Source of the DNA: Microcoleaceae cyanobacterium
GTDB lineage: Bacteria > Cyanobacteriota > Cyanobacteriia > Cyanobacteriales > Microcoleaceae
Assembly (NCBI GenBank): GCA_051652765.1
Contig: JBOFUV010000084.1
Location: forward strand, 1-36,728
Reading direction: 5' to 3'
Length of the DNA: 36,728 nucleotides
The notes below the pieces were generated by a model that made no database searches, had not been told where the DNA came from, and saw nothing but the letters and a program-made list of their open reading frames with translations. This document shows positions 18,442 to 28,606 of the stretch, piece by piece; within the stretch, counting starts at the first letter, position 1, and each line of letters starts with the position of its first letter. The translations under genes and the position numbers were made by a program.

Positions 18442-19680
18442 TTATTCACCACAATTTTCAAGAATATTAATGTAAAGTTGGGCGAGCCGTTCTCCCTTGG
18501 TCTCCCAAGAAAATTCCTGCCTCACCAAGGCTTGACCTGCTCTTCCCATGTGTTCTCGTAGGGTTTTATCTTTCCCCAGATCTCGAATGGCGTTGGCCAA
18601 GTCTTGAATTGTTTGGTCAGGTGTTTTTGCAGGAATCTTTAAGCCTGTTTCAGATGTCACTTGAACTGCTGGGCCACCAAGGTCAAGACAAATCACGGGT
18701 CGTCCTGCGGCCATTGCTTCCAAACAAACCCATCCACCAGAATCGTGCAAACTAGGATGGATTAGAACATGAGAATGTCCTAACTTTTGCAGGGTTTCGT
18801 GGCGAGGCAGCCGTCCCCAAAATTTAACCTGACCTGAAACGCCTAGGTCTTCTGCCAATACTTGTAAAGAATTGCGTTCTGGCCCATCTCCTAAAATCCA
18901 GTACTCTGCATGGGCTAGATCCGCTTTTGCAAACGCACGGATGCTCAAATGTAGCCCTTTCCAGTGCAGTAGTCTTGCCATGCTAATAAATCGTAGCGTT
19001 GAATCTTCAGGTTGAGCAGTTTGAGCTAAGTGCTCAATTTCCGTGGACGAGAGAGCAGACTCAGAAAAAACCTCAATGTTTTTAGCCCCAATGTGGCGCA
19101 AGCGTTGAGCAGTATCGGATGTCGTAGCACGTACCCTGTGGCTTCGCTCTGCAGTCATCCGTACAAATGGATCAAGTTCTCCCATGCGATGGGCAAGACC
19201 GCGAGTCATTTCATAAACCTTCCCTCTTAGACTAAAATCTTTCCAGAACGGTCTAGGAGCCATTTCCCCTCCTCCAACTGGCCCCCAGACAAATGGAATC
19301 GGTAATAACGAGAGAAAACTAGGGGTTGAATAGCGTACATAAGTGACATGATGAACAACATCAAATTGAATTTCCGGATGGAGTTTATGAGCCATAAAGT
19401 AAGCTGCAACTTGCCAAAAATAGTAGTGCAAATGCACCAATCTCTGATTATTATTCAATGCTTGTAACCCTTTTGAAGGTTCACAATAAACAAAGTTAAG
19501 ATTGGGTAATGGATGCTGCTCTAGTTCATGCTCAATGTAACTCCGATTATTCTCCCGCGTGAATACCCAGACCTTGTGATACTTGGCAATTTCCTGAGCA
19601 ATATTCCATCCAACTCCAGGCTCCGAACCTTCTCCTGGCCTACAAGCATAAGCAGAAATTAAGACATTTAAACATCTCAT
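18442..19680 (-). CDS. GT4 glycosyltransferase
   Basis: SAYACRPGEGSEPGVGW, RLLHWKG, HDSGGWVCLEAMAAGRPV. Confidence 0.92.
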   Translation of the reverse strand: MRCLNVLISAYACRPGEGSEPGVGWNIAQEIAKYHKVWVFTRENNRSYIEHELEQHPLPNLNFVYCEPSKGLQALNNNQRLVHLHYYFWQVAAYFMAHKLHPEIQFDVVHHVTYVRYSTPSFLSLLPIPFVWGPVGGGEMAPRPFWKDFSLRGKVYEMTRGLAHRMGELDPFVRMTAERSHRVRATTSDTAQRLRHIGAKNIEVFSESALSSTEIEHLAQTAQPEDSTLRFISMARLLHWKGLHLSIRAFAKADLAHAEYWILGDGPERNSLQVLAEDLGVSGQVKFWGRLPRHETLQKLGHSHVLIHPSLHDSGGWVCLEAMAAGRPVICLDLGGPAVQVTSETGLKIPAKTPDQTIQDLANAIRDLGKDKTLREHMGRAGQALVRQEFSWETKGERLAQLYINILENCGE

Positions 19681-19697
19681 AATAGTGTTGAATAGTA

Positions 19698-20750
19698 TTA
19701 AATTTCAGTTGGTTCATCAGTGAGCCTTTGACGTTGTAAACTCATGGCAGCCCTGCTACAAGCTCGTAGATCTCGCCGATGATAGCGCCAATTATTTAAT
19801 TGCCTTGCCCCCCAGTATAGAACATTTCTAATCGGGTCAAATATCCATAGTTCTGATTGCTTAAATTGTAAATCGTACCCATATTTATGAAGATAAGGCG
19901 CACCCAAGACTTCAAAGAAAAACAATTCGGATTTCGACATCTCCTTGAGATATTTTTGACTATTTTTAGAGTCAATTCCTTTTTCAACTTTTGCATGGAT
20001 TGTTCTTCCATGGCTCTTTAAGACTAGCGCTTTATTGGCTTCTGATTGGTGATAGTTTTCGGGAATTTCAGGATCATATTGTAGCCCCAAAAACTCCATC
20101 AACTTTTCTAGTTCTTCTGCCGTATGTTCAAGTAAATCTTCATATTTCAGCTCATAAATATCTTTGCCATAATGCTGATTGAAGTCCTCAACTCTTCGCA
20201 AACCGTCGATCCAATACAACGAGCCTTGAAATACTCCTTTTGGGCCAAACTTGGCTTTGCCTTGTTCGGTTTGATGAACTTTTCGATAAGATAAGGTAAC
20301 ATCCCGTCCATCTCGAATCATATGAACAATTTTTGCCTCTGGGAATAGAGTCTTAATTCGATCTAAATTAGCAATTAAGACAGGCATCTTGATGCCCCAT
20401 CGAAGACTTTCAAACCCTTCTTGATCAAGATAGGCTTGATAAATTAGAGAGTTGATTTCAGATAAAGATTGAGGATTAGCTCTTTCTAGGTATGAAATCA
20501 GATAGTCTTCACTCATGCCCCATCCCCACTCTTGAGAGTTTCTAAAAAATATTCTGACCAGTAGTTTGTAATCTTCTTGGTTAAAATTTTCTTGCTGGTG
20601 AAACAGGGGATAAGTTCGAGCAATGAAGTCACTTTCATGGGGAATATAAAGCTGCTGACTTGCATTGAGTAGTCCTCGGAGCAGAGTAGTTCCTGATCGA
20701 CCAGAACTTACAATAAAAATAGGGGGATGCTTTATCATCATTTGACTCAT
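19698..20750 (-). CDS. PAPS-dependent sulfotransferase
   Basis: 5'-PSB FIVSSGRSGTTLL, WGIKMP, 3'-PB IRDGRDVTLS, LKYEDL. Confidence 0.92.
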   Translation of the reverse strand: MSQMMIKHPPIFIVSSGRSGTTLLRGLLNASQQLYIPHESDFIARTYPLFHQQENFNQEDYKLLVRIFFRNSQEWGWGMSEDYLISYLERANPQSLSEINSLIYQAYLDQEGFESLRWGIKMPVLIANLDRIKTLFPEAKIVHMIRDGRDVTLSYRKVHQTEQGKAKFGPKGVFQGSLYWIDGLRRVEDFNQHYGKDIYELKYEDLLEHTAEELEKLMEFLGLQYDPEIPENYHQSEANKALVLKSHGRTIHAKVEKGIDSKNSQKYLKEMSKSELFFFEVLGAPYLHKYGYDLQFKQSELWIFDPIRNVLYWGARQLNNWRYHRRDLRACSRAAMSLQRQRLTDEPTEI

Positions 20751-20798
20751 AGCGGCAAAATAGTAGACTGATTTTCACAAGTGTGTGGCAGAAGAAAA

Positions 20799-21938
20799 CT
20801 AGGGAGTCATGACAAATGTAGTGACTTGATCCAGAAACTTTGCGGATGCCTCTGGGGTATATTGCATCATCAACTGCTCCGATTTTCGACCCATCTCTGC
20901 AACATGTTCAGGGTTTTGGATGAAATTTTGCATCAATTCTGCCAATCGTTCAGGCGTGCGGGGATCAAATCGATACCCGTTTTCCGCCTCAACAATCAGT
21001 TCTGAGGCCCCTGCCCACTGAGAACATAAAACTGGTTTCCCTAGAATCATAGCCTCTAGTACCACCATGCCCCAGGTATCCTCCAGGGTGGGTAGAATAA
21101 ACACATCTGCTTGATCAAAGTAGAGACCGAGAGCACCATATTCAACTCGACCTGCCCAGTATACTCGGTGATCTAGATCGTGCTCTCGGCAAAACTGCTT
21201 GAGTTCTGCGCGTTGAGTCCCATCCCCAACCACCAAAACAGAATAGGTGTCGCACTTTTTTTGATGCAAAATTTTGCAGGCTTCTAGTAAAAATTGCAGT
21301 CCTTTTCTCTGGGAAATACTGCCAACAAAAAGGAATACAGGGGCTTGCAGAGCAGGGAGATCGGGTTGGTGTGCTTGAATGTTCATAGTCAACGCCTGAA
21401 CGGCTGGAACCTCATAGGGATGCACAAAAACATGATCTGCTTTAGCTTGAAGAATCTCGGTCAGATAGGCTTTTCCAGCTTGAGAATTGGTAATGCAAGC
21501 ATCTGCTGCCTGAACCATCGCCCGTCGAACGGTTAAGCGCAGCGGAGAGTTGCGATAGTCCACCCCAGGGGAACTGCCCTCATAGGCAATCACAACTCGC
21601 CAGCGGCCAATAGGTTTGAACAGGAGCGACAAAATCGTCCACATCCCAAAGGAATTTGAAAATATCAGTTGAGGCTTGAATTCTAACAGTCGGTTGACAA
21701 TGTTTAAGGGAAGATAGGTAAAGTTGTCTCCATAGCTTGCGGCAGATTTCTTCAAGGAAATCACCTTGCGATCGCCAACAATTTCAAACTCAAAAGAGTC
21801 CTCAAATCCAGGCGCATACCCTCGCCAATTCGTCACAAAGGCTTTGGTCTGAGGATAGAGTTTTGTAAAATTGGCCAACGTTGGATGCCAGTAATAAAAA
21901 GCAGAGGTGAGTAACCAAGCAACACGGAGATCGTTCAT
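20799..21938 (-). CDS. GT4 glycosyltransferase
   Basis: FLFVGSISQRKG, EDTWGMVVLEAMILGKPV. Confidence 0.92.
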   Translation of the reverse strand: MNDLRVAWLLTSAFYYWHPTLANFTKLYPQTKAFVTNWRGYAPGFEDSFEFEIVGDRKVISLKKSAASYGDNFTYLPLNIVNRLLEFKPQLIFSNSFGMWTILSLLFKPIGRWRVVIAYEGSSPGVDYRNSPLRLTVRRAMVQAADACITNSQAGKAYLTEILQAKADHVFVHPYEVPAVQALTMNIQAHQPDLPALQAPVFLFVGSISQRKGLQFLLEACKILHQKKCDTYSVLVVGDGTQRAELKQFCREHDLDHRVYWAGRVEYGALGLYFDQADVFILPTLEDTWGMVVLEAMILGKPVLCSQWAGASELIVEAENGYRFDPRTPERLAELMQNFIQNPEHVAEMGRKSEQLMMQYTPEASAKFLDQVTTFVMTP

Positions 21939-21968
21939 AGTCTGATTAACGAATAGTGAATAACTGGG

Positions 21969-22931
21969 TTAATGATTGGACAAATTGGAGTCGCGCCAAC
22001 CCCGGAGCGTTGTCAGGTAATGGTTAAGAAAAGGCAGTCCAGCAAGGGCCGGAATCAAATAGCGAGCGGTACAGAGGATTCCCAGTGCAGCAGCGGTTGT
22101 TGCATCAAAATAGGGTTGGTAAAGCAGAACTAACGCTGCATCCCGAGTCCCAATCCCAGCAAATGTCAACGGCAACAGCCCTGCCAGGATGGCGAGGGGA
22201 GCAAGGGCCAAATTGGCTAAAAATGGCACCCAAGCTTTGAGGGCGAGAATAAAGAACCAGATCTGCAATAGATGTAAGAACCAAATCAAGATAGACGTTA
22301 GGCTGACGTTTAGGAGTTGAATCCGATCACTCCAGAAGTAGTCATGCATTTCTGCCCAAGCAGACTGTAATTGCTGTAACTTAAGTCGCAACTTGTTTGG
22401 AACAATTTTTTGAACCATCCGAAAGAAAAAATCGGCAAATTTCTGAGAACTCAGGATCAGCAAGCCCAAGGTTCCACCCCCGATTACCCCTGCTGTCATG
22501 ATCCCAAAAAAGGGATCTTTCTTAGGATAAAGGATCAATCCAAAAGCACACCATAACAAGAGAGACAACATATCACAGGTTTTCTCAAAAACCACTAAAG
22601 AAAGGGCAAAAGATCCCGTCAAATGTCCTCGCTCTCGCATGAAATAAGCTTTGGCAATGTCTCCCATTTTGGAGGGTAAGACCATGTTCAAAACACTGGC
22701 TGCCAGAATCAGGCGGGTGGCTTCACTCAACTTTAATCTGACGCTTTGCGGGGCGAGTTGTTGGAGTCGCCAAGCCGTTAACCCCGTGAGCGGAATTACC
22801 ATTGCCAAACCCGTCACCATCCACTGGCGATCGCACTGCCGAAAAATTGTGATTAACTCTGCAATATTGATCCGGGAGTAAATCAGGGTGAGGATGAGAA
22901 TGCTAACTCCAATTGAAATCAGCCGTTTCAT
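21969..22931 (-). CDS. Lysylphosphatidylglycerol synthase TM domain (UPF0104) flippase-like protein
   Basis: AWR, NMVLPSKMGDIAK, VVFEK..D, PLTFAGIGTRD; the start overlaps the GT2 stop. Confidence 0.85.
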   Translation of the reverse strand: MKRLISIGVSILILTLIYSRINIAELITIFRQCDRQWMVTGLAMVIPLTGLTAWRLQQLAPQSVRLKLSEATRLILAASVLNMVLPSKMGDIAKAYFMRERGHLTGSFALSLVVFEKTCDMLSLLLWCAFGLILYPKKDPFFGIMTAGVIGGGTLGLLILSSQKFADFFFRMVQKIVPNKLRLKLQQLQSAWAEMHDYFWSDRIQLLNVSLTSILIWFLHLLQIWFFILALKAWVPFLANLALAPLAILAGLLPLTFAGIGTRDAALVLLYQPYFDATTAAALGILCTARYLIPALAGLPFLNHYLTTLRGWRDSNLSNH

Positions 22932-23929
22932 CAAAAATCCTCCTCAGACTTTTGAGCAGAACACCGTGAATTTTGATTATGGTCTTGATCTCTCAACTCC
23001 GCCCGTCGCAGCCTGAGCTGAATGTCTTCTAGAATCTTACGATTAACTGCCATCAGATCGGCGACCAAGCCAAACATCCAAAGTTGAAACCCAATCAGGA
23101 TTAAGATAGCGGCTAGAATCAGGCTGGGGGCCCGAGATCGAGTGGTATCCTCAAAGAAAAGAATGAGCCATCGCACACAAAGTAAAACCCCCAACGTAAA
23201 CGGCACACTCCCCAAAACGGCAAAGAACCGTAGGGGCCGGTAGGTCATGAAGATGCGTAAAATGGTGAACATTGAACGGCGCACATAGGCTGGGATGCTC
23301 TTTACCAGCCGGGATGGTCTTAAGTCCGGATTCGTCCTGACAGGAATGGAGGTAATTGCAATGCCTTTTTGCCCAGCCTGAATAATCGTTTCGAGGGTAT
23401 AGGTATATTCATTGAAGACATTGAATTGCATCGCGGCATTCCGGCTAAAGGCCCGAAACCCACTGGGAGCATCTGGAATATTGGTGTTGCTGACGAGGCG
23501 GACGATCCAACTCCCAAAATTTTGTAAAGCCTTCTTACTCGAAGAGAAGTGCTGAGTCTGACGAATTGGGCGGGCTCCCACAACTACCTCCGCCTGACCG
23601 AGCAAAATCGGCTCCACAAGCCGGGGAATGTCTTCAGCACAATATTGATTGTCAGCATCAGTGTTGACGATAATATCAGCTCCTGCCTTCAAGCTAGCCT
23701 CAATTCCGGCCATGAAAGCTTTTGCTAAGCCTTGATTGCGCTTGAAGCTAACAATGTGATCAACTCCCAAGCGGTCTGCAACTTCTGCTGTGCGATCCCA
23801 ACTACCGTCATTGACGACCAACCATTCGACACAATCGATCCCAGGTATCTGGCGCGGGAGTTGTCTCAGGGTAATTCCCAAGGTTTGTTCCTCGTTGTAG
23901 CAAGGGATTTGAATGATTAACTTAGTCAT
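22931..23929 (-). CDS. GT2 glycosyltransferase (polyprenyl-phosphate glycosyltransferase / DPM1-like)
   Basis: IQIPCYNEE, VVNDGS.D, NTDADNQY, DAPSGFRAFSR, two C-terminal TM helices. Confidence 0.92.
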   Translation of the reverse strand: MTKLIIQIPCYNEEQTLGITLRQLPRQIPGIDCVEWLVVNDGSWDRTAEVADRLGVDHIVSFKRNQGLAKAFMAGIEASLKAGADIIVNTDADNQYCAEDIPRLVEPILLGQAEVVVGARPIRQTQHFSSSKKALQNFGSWIVRLVSNTNIPDAPSGFRAFSRNAAMQFNVFNEYTYTLETIIQAGQKGIAITSIPVRTNPDLRPSRLVKSIPAYVRRSMFTILRIFMTYRPLRFFAVLGSVPFTLGVLLCVRWLILFFEDTTRSRAPSLILAAILILIGFQLWMFGLVADLMAVNRKILEDIQLRLRRAELRDQDHNQNSRCSAQKSEEDF

Positions 23930-25194
23930 CAGAGAGACTCAAAAATTGTCCTGGCAAAGGTTTCTGCCGAATTTTGTTCTGCAAAAGAGCGCATCTGTTG
24001 AGCATCACATAACGTGTTCCAATCCTCTGTTTGGAGAAACTGAGTCAATCCTTGGGCAATGTCCTCGGGCTGGGTTGAGTCAACGGTTATGCCCAGTTGA
24101 TGGCGTTGCACGATTTCCCCCATTAAACCATAGTTAGAACTGAGGACGGGCTTGCCTGCGACGGCGGCCAGCAATAAAATCCCGCTCATCCCAACATGCT
24201 TTTGATAAGGCGCAAGCACACCGTCTGTGAGTTGAAAATAGGTCTGAACCTCCGAATCCGAAACAAATTCATACCGTGGAATAATTTGTACAGGCTGAGT
24301 TTGACACAGTTGATCAATCACCGCATCTAGGGCAGATGCAATTCCACATTCTCCCACCAGTAATAGACAGAGTTGCTCACACAGGTGAGGAGGCAACTGA
24401 TGGATCGCTGCCAAGAGTTGATAGACTCCCTTGCGCTCCGTCAGTGCGCCAAACAATAGAAAGATCCGGCGACTCGGTTCAATTCCTAACTGCTTTTTCA
24501 GAGCATCTAGGGAAAGAGAAGGGCGATCGCCTACTTCAATGGGATCGGCCAAGGACACAATCTGAGCCGCAGTCTTAAATCGCTGCAAATGCTTGACGGC
24601 AAAAGGATCTAGGCAGAATAAATTCTTCAGTTGGGGATTTTTCAAAATTCGACCCAGGAATATTTTTTCACGGAACTGCTGGATTCGGTCTGCTCTTGTT
24701 GGCTGATAGTGCGTCAGTTCTAAAGGATAGTGAAAGGTCGGTCGGAAGTAAATTCCTGAAAATGGGCACGGTGATGTTACCCCCCAAGCTAGAGGCAACT
24801 CGCAGGTATCAAAATACAGAATCAAACAGTGAGTCGCTGTAAGTTCCTGGGCATATCGGCAGAGAATTTGCCACTCTTGAAAGTTGCGAAATGCTCGCTT
24901 AAAACGGGACTTTCGGGAATTGAGAGCCGTTTCTTCGTCTAGAGAAATAGGAATAAATTCTAAGCCTGGGCGGCTCAGATGACTTGCCCAATTGACAACA
25001 TCAGTATGCTCTTTCAAAAAACGAGGCGTAACCACGATCTTGAGCAAGCCAGGAATATGATGCTCATCCCAATATTGAATTAAGTGCTGAATATAGCTGG
25101 CATGATGCCCCCTAACAGACAAGTCAAATAGCATTAATCTTCTGGTCTGATTTGCTGCTCTTTCACTAGAGTAAATCAACCCTTGATCGATCAT
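23929..25194 (-). CDS. GT4 glycosyltransferase
   Basis: GHH, LLFGALTERKG, LAPY...GMSGILLLAAVAGKPV. Confidence 0.88.
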   Translation of the reverse strand: MIDQGLIYSSERAANQTRRLMLFDLSVRGHHASYIQHLIQYWDEHHIPGLLKIVVTPRFLKEHTDVVNWASHLSRPGLEFIPISLDEETALNSRKSRFKRAFRNFQEWQILCRYAQELTATHCLILYFDTCELPLAWGVTSPCPFSGIYFRPTFHYPLELTHYQPTRADRIQQFREKIFLGRILKNPQLKNLFCLDPFAVKHLQRFKTAAQIVSLADPIEVGDRPSLSLDALKKQLGIEPSRRIFLLFGALTERKGVYQLLAAIHQLPPHLCEQLCLLLVGECGIASALDAVIDQLCQTQPVQIIPRYEFVSDSEVQTYFQLTDGVLAPYQKHVGMSGILLLAAVAGKPVLSSNYGLMGEIVQRHQLGITVDSTQPEDIAQGLTQFLQTEDWNTLCDAQQMRSFAEQNSAETFARTIFESL

Positions 25195-25313
25195 GATTCA
25201 GTTACTCCGATATCTCAGGTTTTTAATCTATAGCAATCTGATTTAAAGTGGGAACACAGACCTCTCATCAATCATGACTGACTGCTACACTGAAAACTTT
25301 TTCTAACTTATTA

Positions 25314-26267
25314 TCAATCATTAACTGTATACCCAAGCTGGTGCATCATTGGTGTAATAACAGGCAGAATACTCTCAATTTCAGCTTGATTTTTTCGTTT
25401 CCATTTATCCTTTTCTGGGGCTGAAACAGTAGTACGACTTTTTGGTTTTGCCTGAATATATTGCAAACAGTCGTCTGAAATTACTAAATCACAAAAATCT
25501 GCAACCTGACTAATAATTTGGGCAGGATTCTCCAGAAAATCTTCATAACATACTCTCAAACACTTTTGAGAAAAGGTTTGATCTTGCTGCATTTTCTCAA
25601 CGATGTAGCGATTGTGCTCAACCCAACTCCAGGCACAAATTGTCTCCAGAGGCCGAGTCACAACTCCATCCCAACCCGGAGGCAACGCATAAGACCAGTG
25701 AGAAATCGTAGAATCGGGAGGGAAAGATAGACCTGCTCCCACCTTTACAAAAATATCCCATCCTTCCATCATGGAGGAAATCGTCGGTCGCCCATCTCGA
25801 ACGAGATGAATATAAACTGCATCCGGGAATAGCTGCTCTAACGCTTCGAGATGAAAACAGTTGGCAATGGTTTTTTCCATGTATCGAATGGGGTTTCGAG
25901 CCAACAGGTGAGTTGCAATCACTCTCAAATTAGGGCTTTTTTGATTGGGATCGTCCAGGCTAAAACCATGGGTAATTCCTTTTAGCAGAATGAAAGACTG
26001 AATAGCATGAGATGCTTTTTGAGTGCATTCTTCTGGACTCACATAGTCAGACTTTACGGCTAGTCTACTGTAGGGAAAAATTCTAATCCACATCGGCGTA
26101 TTTTCACGGCCAAATGAGAAGACCCCCTCCAATTTCCGAATGCAATGATAGAAATAGGTTGAACCTGATCGGGGAGCACTGATGATAAACACAGGCCGAT
26201 GAAACTTAGGGACTAAAAATCCCAACCCTGATAACAGAGAATTACTATCTGTATCATTCTTCAACAT
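25314..26267 (-). CDS. PAPS-dependent sulfotransferase
   Basis: FIISAPRSGST, MEKT, LVRDGR..ISS, VCYEDF, C-terminal KW. Confidence 0.92.
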   Translation of the reverse strand: MLKNDTDSNSLLSGLGFLVPKFHRPVFIISAPRSGSTYFYHCIRKLEGVFSFGRENTPMWIRIFPYSRLAVKSDYVSPEECTQKASHAIQSFILLKGITHGFSLDDPNQKSPNLRVIATHLLARNPIRYMEKTIANCFHLEALEQLFPDAVYIHLVRDGRPTISSMMEGWDIFVKVGAGLSFPPDSTISHWSYALPPGWDGVVTRPLETICAWSWVEHNRYIVEKMQQDQTFSQKCLRVCYEDFLENPAQIISQVADFCDLVISDDCLQYIQAKPKSRTTVSAPEKDKWKRKNQAEIESILPVITPMMHQLGYTVND

Positions 26268-26314
26268 GATCTTGTTTCTTAACGACTGTTAACTTTATTG
26301 CAAACTTCTACTGC

Positions 26315-26336
26315 GCGGGCAAGATGCCCACTCCAC
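26315..26336. repeat. Cyanobacterial REP-like palindromic unit
   Basis: GCGGGCAAGATGCCCACTCCAC, with a GGGCA-AGA-TGCCC stem and a CCAC foot. Confidence 0.6.
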
Positions 26337-26380
26337 GTTCCCGCTTCAAATCAGATCGCTGTATAGTAAAACGTTAAATC

Positions 26381-27244
26381 CTACTTTTCTCCAATGAGAG
26401 TCATTCCTCTAAACAACATGGGTGTGCTTGCGATCTTTCTTCTCGTCTGAAATGGCAACTGAGCAATACAATACTCTAAACTTTTAATCAGTGGAACTGT
26501 CATCAACCCTAATGGAATCTCAATATGGGTTTTCTCTTTACTCTTGACCCATTTTACTTTTGAAAAACCAGCTCGAAAGAACAGTTCACAAAGCTCGGAT
26601 ACCGTATATTCTTTCAAGTGAACTCCAGTTGATACTTCATCAAAATATTTAGAAATATCATGGGGGCCAGACAAGCGATTAGGGGTAATGCAGATATAAA
26701 TCCCACCCTGATTTAAAGCTCTACAAATATTCTGAAGTTGCTCCATCGCATCATCAGGATGAAGATGCTCCATAAGTTGATGACTGTAAGCAACATCAAT
26801 CGAGTTGTCAAGGACTGGAATACTACATCCATCAGACACAATGAGTTTGAAGTTCTCAGGAAAATCATCTCGCTTGGTCACTTCTGTAGAGACATCAATT
26901 GCGTAAACTTGTTTAACTCGCTTAGCAACTTCAAGGGACACAGAACAGTCACCAGGCCCAATTTCCATGAAAATCGTATTAGGACTCAAATAGCGCCCTA
27001 AGAGCTGCATTCTTTGGGTTACAATCCAACTAATAATTTCTGGACTCAGTTTACGAGTGAGCAAGTGATGATGAGGAACCCTTTGAAATAGCTCGTCATA
27101 CAAACTGGTATATAAAGTTTTTCGTTCTTCCTTGGTTGAATCTCGTAAAGTGTTGAACAACTCTTTTTCAATTTGATAGTGTTCTTCAACAAGCGCTAAT
27201 CCTCTTTTCCGATCTTCATCTGTTAGTGGAATTTGGGTAGACAT
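26381..27244 (-). CDS. Class I SAM-dependent methyltransferase
   Basis: MEIGPGD motif I, AIDVS, MEHLH, L.QGG....ITPN. The start may be 27244 or 27295. Confidence 0.88.
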   Translation of the reverse strand: MSTQIPLTDEDRKRGLALVEEHYQIEKELFNTLRDSTKEERKTLYTSLYDELFQRVPHHHLLTRKLSPEIISWIVTQRMQLLGRYLSPNTIFMEIGPGDCSVSLEVAKRVKQVYAIDVSTEVTKRDDFPENFKLIVSDGCSIPVLDNSIDVAYSHQLMEHLHPDDAMEQLQNICRALNQGGIYICITPNRLSGPHDISKYFDEVSTGVHLKEYTVSELCELFFRAGFSKVKWVKSKEKTHIEIPLGLMTVPLIKSLEYCIAQLPFQTRRKIASTPMLFRGMTLIGEK

Positions 27245-27319
27245 CTGACACCTCATTATCAGAAAATAACCGAACAAAATTTCTAGTCCGAACATGAACT
27301 TTATTATACCGCAATCCGA

Positions 27320-28564
27320 CTAAAGAACCTCCTGATAGATTTCCTGATAAATTGATAAATAGCGCTGTGCTTGTAATTTCAAGTTAAACTCTTGCTCTAA
27401 ATGAGAACGAGCATTAAAACGTAACTTATCATAACGATCACTCTCCTTTAAAATCCAAGCAATTCCTTGGGCTAGATCGTCAATATTAAAAGGTTTTGCG
27501 AGGTAGCCGTTCTGCTGATGCTGAACAATATCTTTGAGTCCAGTACACTCAAAAGCAACTACAGGCGTTCCACATGCCATCGCTTCAGAGGCTGTTTGTC
27601 CAAATGCTTCTTGAGTTGAAGGAACAACCATGACATTGGCTGCAGAATAGACAAGTGCCAGAGAAATATCATCATAAAATTGACCCAGGTAATAAGTTTT
27701 AAAGCCCAAATCAATTGGAGTTTCAGGTTGAATATCTCCAAAAATAACCAGTTCAAACTTATCTTTCCAGTCAGATTGGCTCAGACTTTGTAAGGCAGGT
27801 TTTAAATACTGAAAACCCTTGCGAGGACTGCTTGTTGTTCCAGGAGATGCTCCAAAAAGAACAAGATGCTTGTCTTGAGGCAAGTTTAATAACTCTCGTG
27901 CAACCTGTTGCTGAACAGGTTTATACTTCTCTAAATCAAGACCATGGGGAATCACTTCAATTCGTGTATTCTTGAACAAAGAACTTGACCTAGCGCAGTC
28001 AGCTAACCAATGACTCGGGCTAACAATTGTTAGGTTTAAGTCTTTCCACGCCTTGTGTTTCCGCTGCCACACCCAGTGCGATAAATCCCCACCTTTATGA
28101 CTGTTGAGTTGAGGGCAAGTTCCACAAACATCTGTATAGTTAAGACATTCATCAGCATAGTGACATCCACCTGTAAAAGGCCACATATCATGGAGTGTCC
28201 AAACCAAGGGTTTTTTAAATTTTGCCAAAGTTTCAACTTGTAAAAAACCGCTACAAATCCAGTGAAGATGAATGATATCTGAATCAAATTGTTTGACTTT
28301 TGTCGCAATTGTATCTGGAAGCCATTGAGATGAAAACATCCCAAGCTGTCGTTGAGGATATAGCTTCAGTGGAATACTTAAGGAGGGCGGGCCTAGCTTA
28401 GTTAAGATGGTTTTATCAGCAATTACAGTCTTGTCAATACTGGATTTGGCACGCACTAAAATCTTCGAGTTGACTCCAGCAGAACGCAAGCCACAGTGTA
28501 ATCGATAAGCCGCTCTGGCAGCTCCTCCTTCAATATCTGTACTGTTCAAATGTAAGATTTTCAT
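27320..28564 (-). CDS. GT4 glycosyltransferase (WcaC-like)
   Basis: GGAARAAYRLH, WTLHDMWPFTGGCHY, RKG, EAFGQTASEAMACGTPV. Confidence 0.93.
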   Translation of the reverse strand: MKILHLNSTDIEGGAARAAYRLHCGLRSAGVNSKILVRAKSSIDKTVIADKTILTKLGPPSLSIPLKLYPQRQLGMFSSQWLPDTIATKVKQFDSDIIHLHWICSGFLQVETLAKFKKPLVWTLHDMWPFTGGCHYADECLNYTDVCGTCPQLNSHKGGDLSHWVWQRKHKAWKDLNLTIVSPSHWLADCARSSSLFKNTRIEVIPHGLDLEKYKPVQQQVARELLNLPQDKHLVLFGASPGTTSSPRKGFQYLKPALQSLSQSDWKDKFELVIFGDIQPETPIDLGFKTYYLGQFYDDISLALVYSAANVMVVPSTQEAFGQTASEAMACGTPVVAFECTGLKDIVQHQQNGYLAKPFNIDDLAQGIAWILKESDRYDKLRFNARSHLEQEFNLKLQAQRYLSIYQEIYQEVL

Positions 28565-28606
28565 AGAATTTTTATAGAATTGCTTTACTTGTATTCACTC
28601 TAACTA

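Larger units (their letters stand above)
25229..26363. repeat. 27-bp inverted repeat pair flanking a sulfotransferase gene
   Basis: 25229-25255 TATAGCAATCTGATTTAAAGTGGGAAC versus the reverse complement of 26337-26363, TACAGCGATCTGATTTGAAGCGGGAAC (23/27). Confidence 0.8.
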
